A stretch of DNA of 64,000 nucleotides, taken from Nostoc sp. DedSLP01 (GTDB taxonomy: Bacteria > Cyanobacteriota > Cyanobacteriia > Cyanobacteriales > Nostocaceae). Each line of letters opens with the position of its first letter. The first letter of the stretch is position 1. This document shows positions 61,469 through 64,000 of the stretch, piece by piece. The notes under the pieces were generated by a model. That model made no database searches. It was not told the origin of the DNA and was given only the letters and a program-made list of their open reading frames with translations. A program made the position numbers and the translations under genes. The stretch lies in the NCBI GenBank assembly GCA_034530875.2, contig JAVRCJ020000008.1, positions 64,001 to 128,000 on the forward strand, read 5' to 3'.

Positions 61469-63574
61469 TCACCGATTAACTGCATTAATAACTTGTCCCA
61501 AAACATTCTGACCAGATTTTTCTAAAATTTCACAAGCAATAACAGCTTGGACAGAATCAACTACACCGGGACGAACTACTAATAAAACGCCATCACTCAT
61601 TTGACCCAAAGTAGCTGCATCAGCTGCAACTTTCAATGAAGGAGTGTCAATAATTACAAAATCATATTTTTTAGCAAAACTTTGAATCAAGTGAGCCATA
61701 AGTTTTGAATCAATTAGAGATGCTGGCGAGGCAGGTATTACTCCAGCAGTCACAACATCTAAATTATCCATAACTGGCTTGACAACAGTGCCAAGCTGGG
61801 CTTCTTCAAGAATCAGATTAGTTATACCTTGATTATTAGTTAATTCCCAAATTTCATGCTGAACTGGATGATGCAAATCCCCATCTATAAGTAAGACTCG
61901 ATGTTCCATCTGTGCCATTACTATTGCTAAATTGGCTGCAACTGTTGACTTCCCTTCTCTGGGGACAGAACTAGTGACAACGATAATTTTTAACTCTTTC
62001 TCACCATACGTAAACTTCAAATTTGCTCGCAAAATCCGATAAGCTTCACTAATTGGAGAGCAAGAAGGATCTTTCACTATCAATCTTGAGATAGATAAAT
62101 CCAGCTTTTCAGCACTGAGATCGGATTTTTGTGGCTTGCTAAAGACAGGAACGATCCCTAATAAAGGTAATCCTATTAATTGCTTGGCTTCATCAACAGT
62201 CTTGATGGATTTATCTCTTACTTCTAAAATATATATAGCTCCTAAAGCAGCCACAACAGCGAGTAAAGCTGAACTCAAATAGGAAAGCGTATTAGAAGAA
62301 ATAGGGCGATCGGGAACTTGAGCTTCAGATACCAAGCTGGCATTACCTACATTCTGGTTTTCTGCAATTTGACTCTCTTGCAATTTTTGTAACAGAAGTG
62401 AATATGTAGATTGTGATGCTTGTAATTCCCTTTCTAATTGACGCTGTTGTTGTTCCAATATTGGTAAGGTTTTCAGTCTTTCTTTATAGGTTATTTGTAA
62501 TTTTGATAAAGCCTCAGCTTGACTAATTAAACCGAGCCGAGTTGACTCTAATCTGATGAGATCTCCACTGAGTTGTTGCTGCAAGGCTCCAATCTGTAAA
62601 TTGCCATTAAATTGTGCTCCATCCTTCCCTAAAACCTGTGTAATTCGCTGTTTTAATATGTCTTGTAAGGCTTTTAGCTTGTCTTTTAAGCCAATAATTT
62701 CAGGATGTGATTCTTGCAGAATAGTTCGTCTAACTGCAATTTGAGACTGTAATTGCTGGATTTCTTTGATAATATCTTGTAAACCAGGAGATTGACTCAA
62801 GGAAGTCTGAGTTAAAGCCTGTCGAGAATTCATATTTAATTGTTTACGAATATCTTCAGACTGGGCATTGATATTGGCAATTTGAGATTGAATTTGGCTC
62901 AGCTGTTTTTGCAAGTCTGTAATCACATCTAATGATTTAGTTGCCTCTTCTTCCAAGGAAACAACTTTATTTTTATCTTTAAATATGGCTAATTTCTTTT
63001 CCGATCTTATGACAAATAATTCAGCTTTTGGTAACTCAGTCTCAAGAAATTTTCGGGCAACTGTTGCTTCTTTTTTTCTAGAAGATATGTTGTATTTTAA
63101 ATATATATTGACGAGCGTATTAACCACCTGAGCAGCTATTTTGGGGTCGCTATCAGTATAGGAAATTTGCAGAATATCAGATCCTTTAATATCTTTTACA
63201 TTCAAATGATTGAGGAATTCGTTAGGTTTTAAAGCTCCACCTTGATGATTTTTCAAGGAAAGTGTCTCTATAGTTTGCTCTACAAGAGGAATAGACCGAA
63301 TAATTTCTGCTTCTGTATTTAAAGGATTGGTTTTTTGATCCTGTACAACTGGTTCTAATTTACCTATCTCTCCTCCTACTCCTGTTAAGGAAGAGATAGT
63401 GTTTGATTTTTGAAGCAATAACTTTCCTTGTGCCTCATAAGATGGTTTTTTTAAAGATGCAATCAACAGCAGAAACACAAAAACTGGAATAAAGACAGTT
63501 AAAGCTTTTGCCCAGCGGCGCTTCAGTATTTGCCAATATTTATCGAGTATTATAAAGCTTGATTGTGATTCCAT
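61469..63574 (-). CDS. Wzc/GumC-like polysaccharide chain-length determinant / tyrosine autokinase
   Basis: N-terminal TM + coiled coil, SEAYR.LR.NL, EGKST, IDGDL, IIDTP. Confidence 0.92.
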   Translation of the reverse strand: MESQSSFIILDKYWQILKRRWAKALTVFIPVFVFLLLIASLKKPSYEAQGKLLLQKSNTISSLTGVGGEIGKLEPVVQDQKTNPLNTEAEIIRSIPLVEQTIETLSLKNHQGGALKPNEFLNHLNVKDIKGSDILQISYTDSDPKIAAQVVNTLVNIYLKYNISSRKKEATVARKFLETELPKAELFVIRSEKKLAIFKDKNKVVSLEEEATKSLDVITDLQKQLSQIQSQIANINAQSEDIRKQLNMNSRQALTQTSLSQSPGLQDIIKEIQQLQSQIAVRRTILQESHPEIIGLKDKLKALQDILKQRITQVLGKDGAQFNGNLQIGALQQQLSGDLIRLESTRLGLISQAEALSKLQITYKERLKTLPILEQQQRQLERELQASQSTYSLLLQKLQESQIAENQNVGNASLVSEAQVPDRPISSNTLSYLSSALLAVVAALGAIYILEVRDKSIKTVDEAKQLIGLPLLGIVPVFSKPQKSDLSAEKLDLSISRLIVKDPSCSPISEAYRILRANLKFTYGEKELKIIVVTSSVPREGKSTVAANLAIVMAQMEHRVLLIDGDLHHPVQHEIWELTNNQGITNLILEEAQLGTVVKPVMDNLDVVTAGVIPASPASLIDSKLMAHLIQSFAKKYDFVIIDTPSLKVAADAATLGQMSDGVLLVVRPGVVDSVQAVIACEILEKSGQNVLGQVINAVNR

Positions 63575-63792
63575 AAATTAATTTTTTAATGCTGAATAAG
63601 CTGAGCTAAATCTAAGTATTTTATATAAATTCAGTAATTTTTTTGCTAAAGAATGGTAAACCTAATTGAAGTTGCATAATTTTTAGATATACATTAGATT
63701 TAAAGTTTTTTAAGTATCTGAAAATAAGATTTAAACCCTGTTTTACTTCTAAATTTTGTTAGGTGTAGCAGTTTCAAATTTAGACTATAATA

Positions 63793-63867
63793 GTAGGCCG
63801 GGTTGAGCAACAGTGAAACCCAACAAAGTCTCGATCGCCTTGGATTTCATTTCTCAACTCAACCTAC
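63793..63867. repeat. REP-like inverted pair
   Basis: GTAGG..GGGTTGAG...GAAACCCAAC / TTGGATTTC...CTCAACTCAACCTAC. Confidence 0.7.
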
Positions 63868-64000
63868 GCCTATCTTGAAGCATTGGTGAATTTTGACTTC
63901 TCTTTAAAGAGTGATATTTTATATTTTTATCACCTGTTGTAATGTTTTAAGAATAACGAGTATAGCAAAACCTAAGTTATCTTTGCCAAGATATTGCATA

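Overview
Chromosomal window from a filamentous, probably heterocyst-forming cyanobacterium (Nostocales-like). The assignment rests on abundant HIP1 octamers (GCGATCGC), STRR heptamer arrays and SDR/REP-like small repeats. Housekeeping genes (ctaA 3' end, ctaB, dxr, lysS with a KTSC fusion, ppk1, sasA, crr7) alternate with accessory material: two HicAB pairs, two Uma2 nucleases, several small pseudogenes, a GT-C/EamA operon and a cluster of P-loop ATPase/WD40/TPR/CHAT genes. The best candidates for undescribed systems are: (1) a 970-aa protein with an outer-membrane beta-barrel-like C-terminus converging on two paralogous secreted ~140-aa proteins that share an IIRAGAGxNGLGxL[DE] tail; (2) a divergent HTH-AAA / AAA-WD40 pair flanked by ATTGAGT repeats, helically phased on the upstream side; (3) an ATPase + hypervariable-TPR pair; (4) a ~100-bp structured intergenic element present twice. 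A kinase gene carries two in-frame TGA codons at expected Arg positions. No rRNA, tRNA, CRISPR array or intact transposase was seen. All family assignments come from motif recognition by eye, not database searches.
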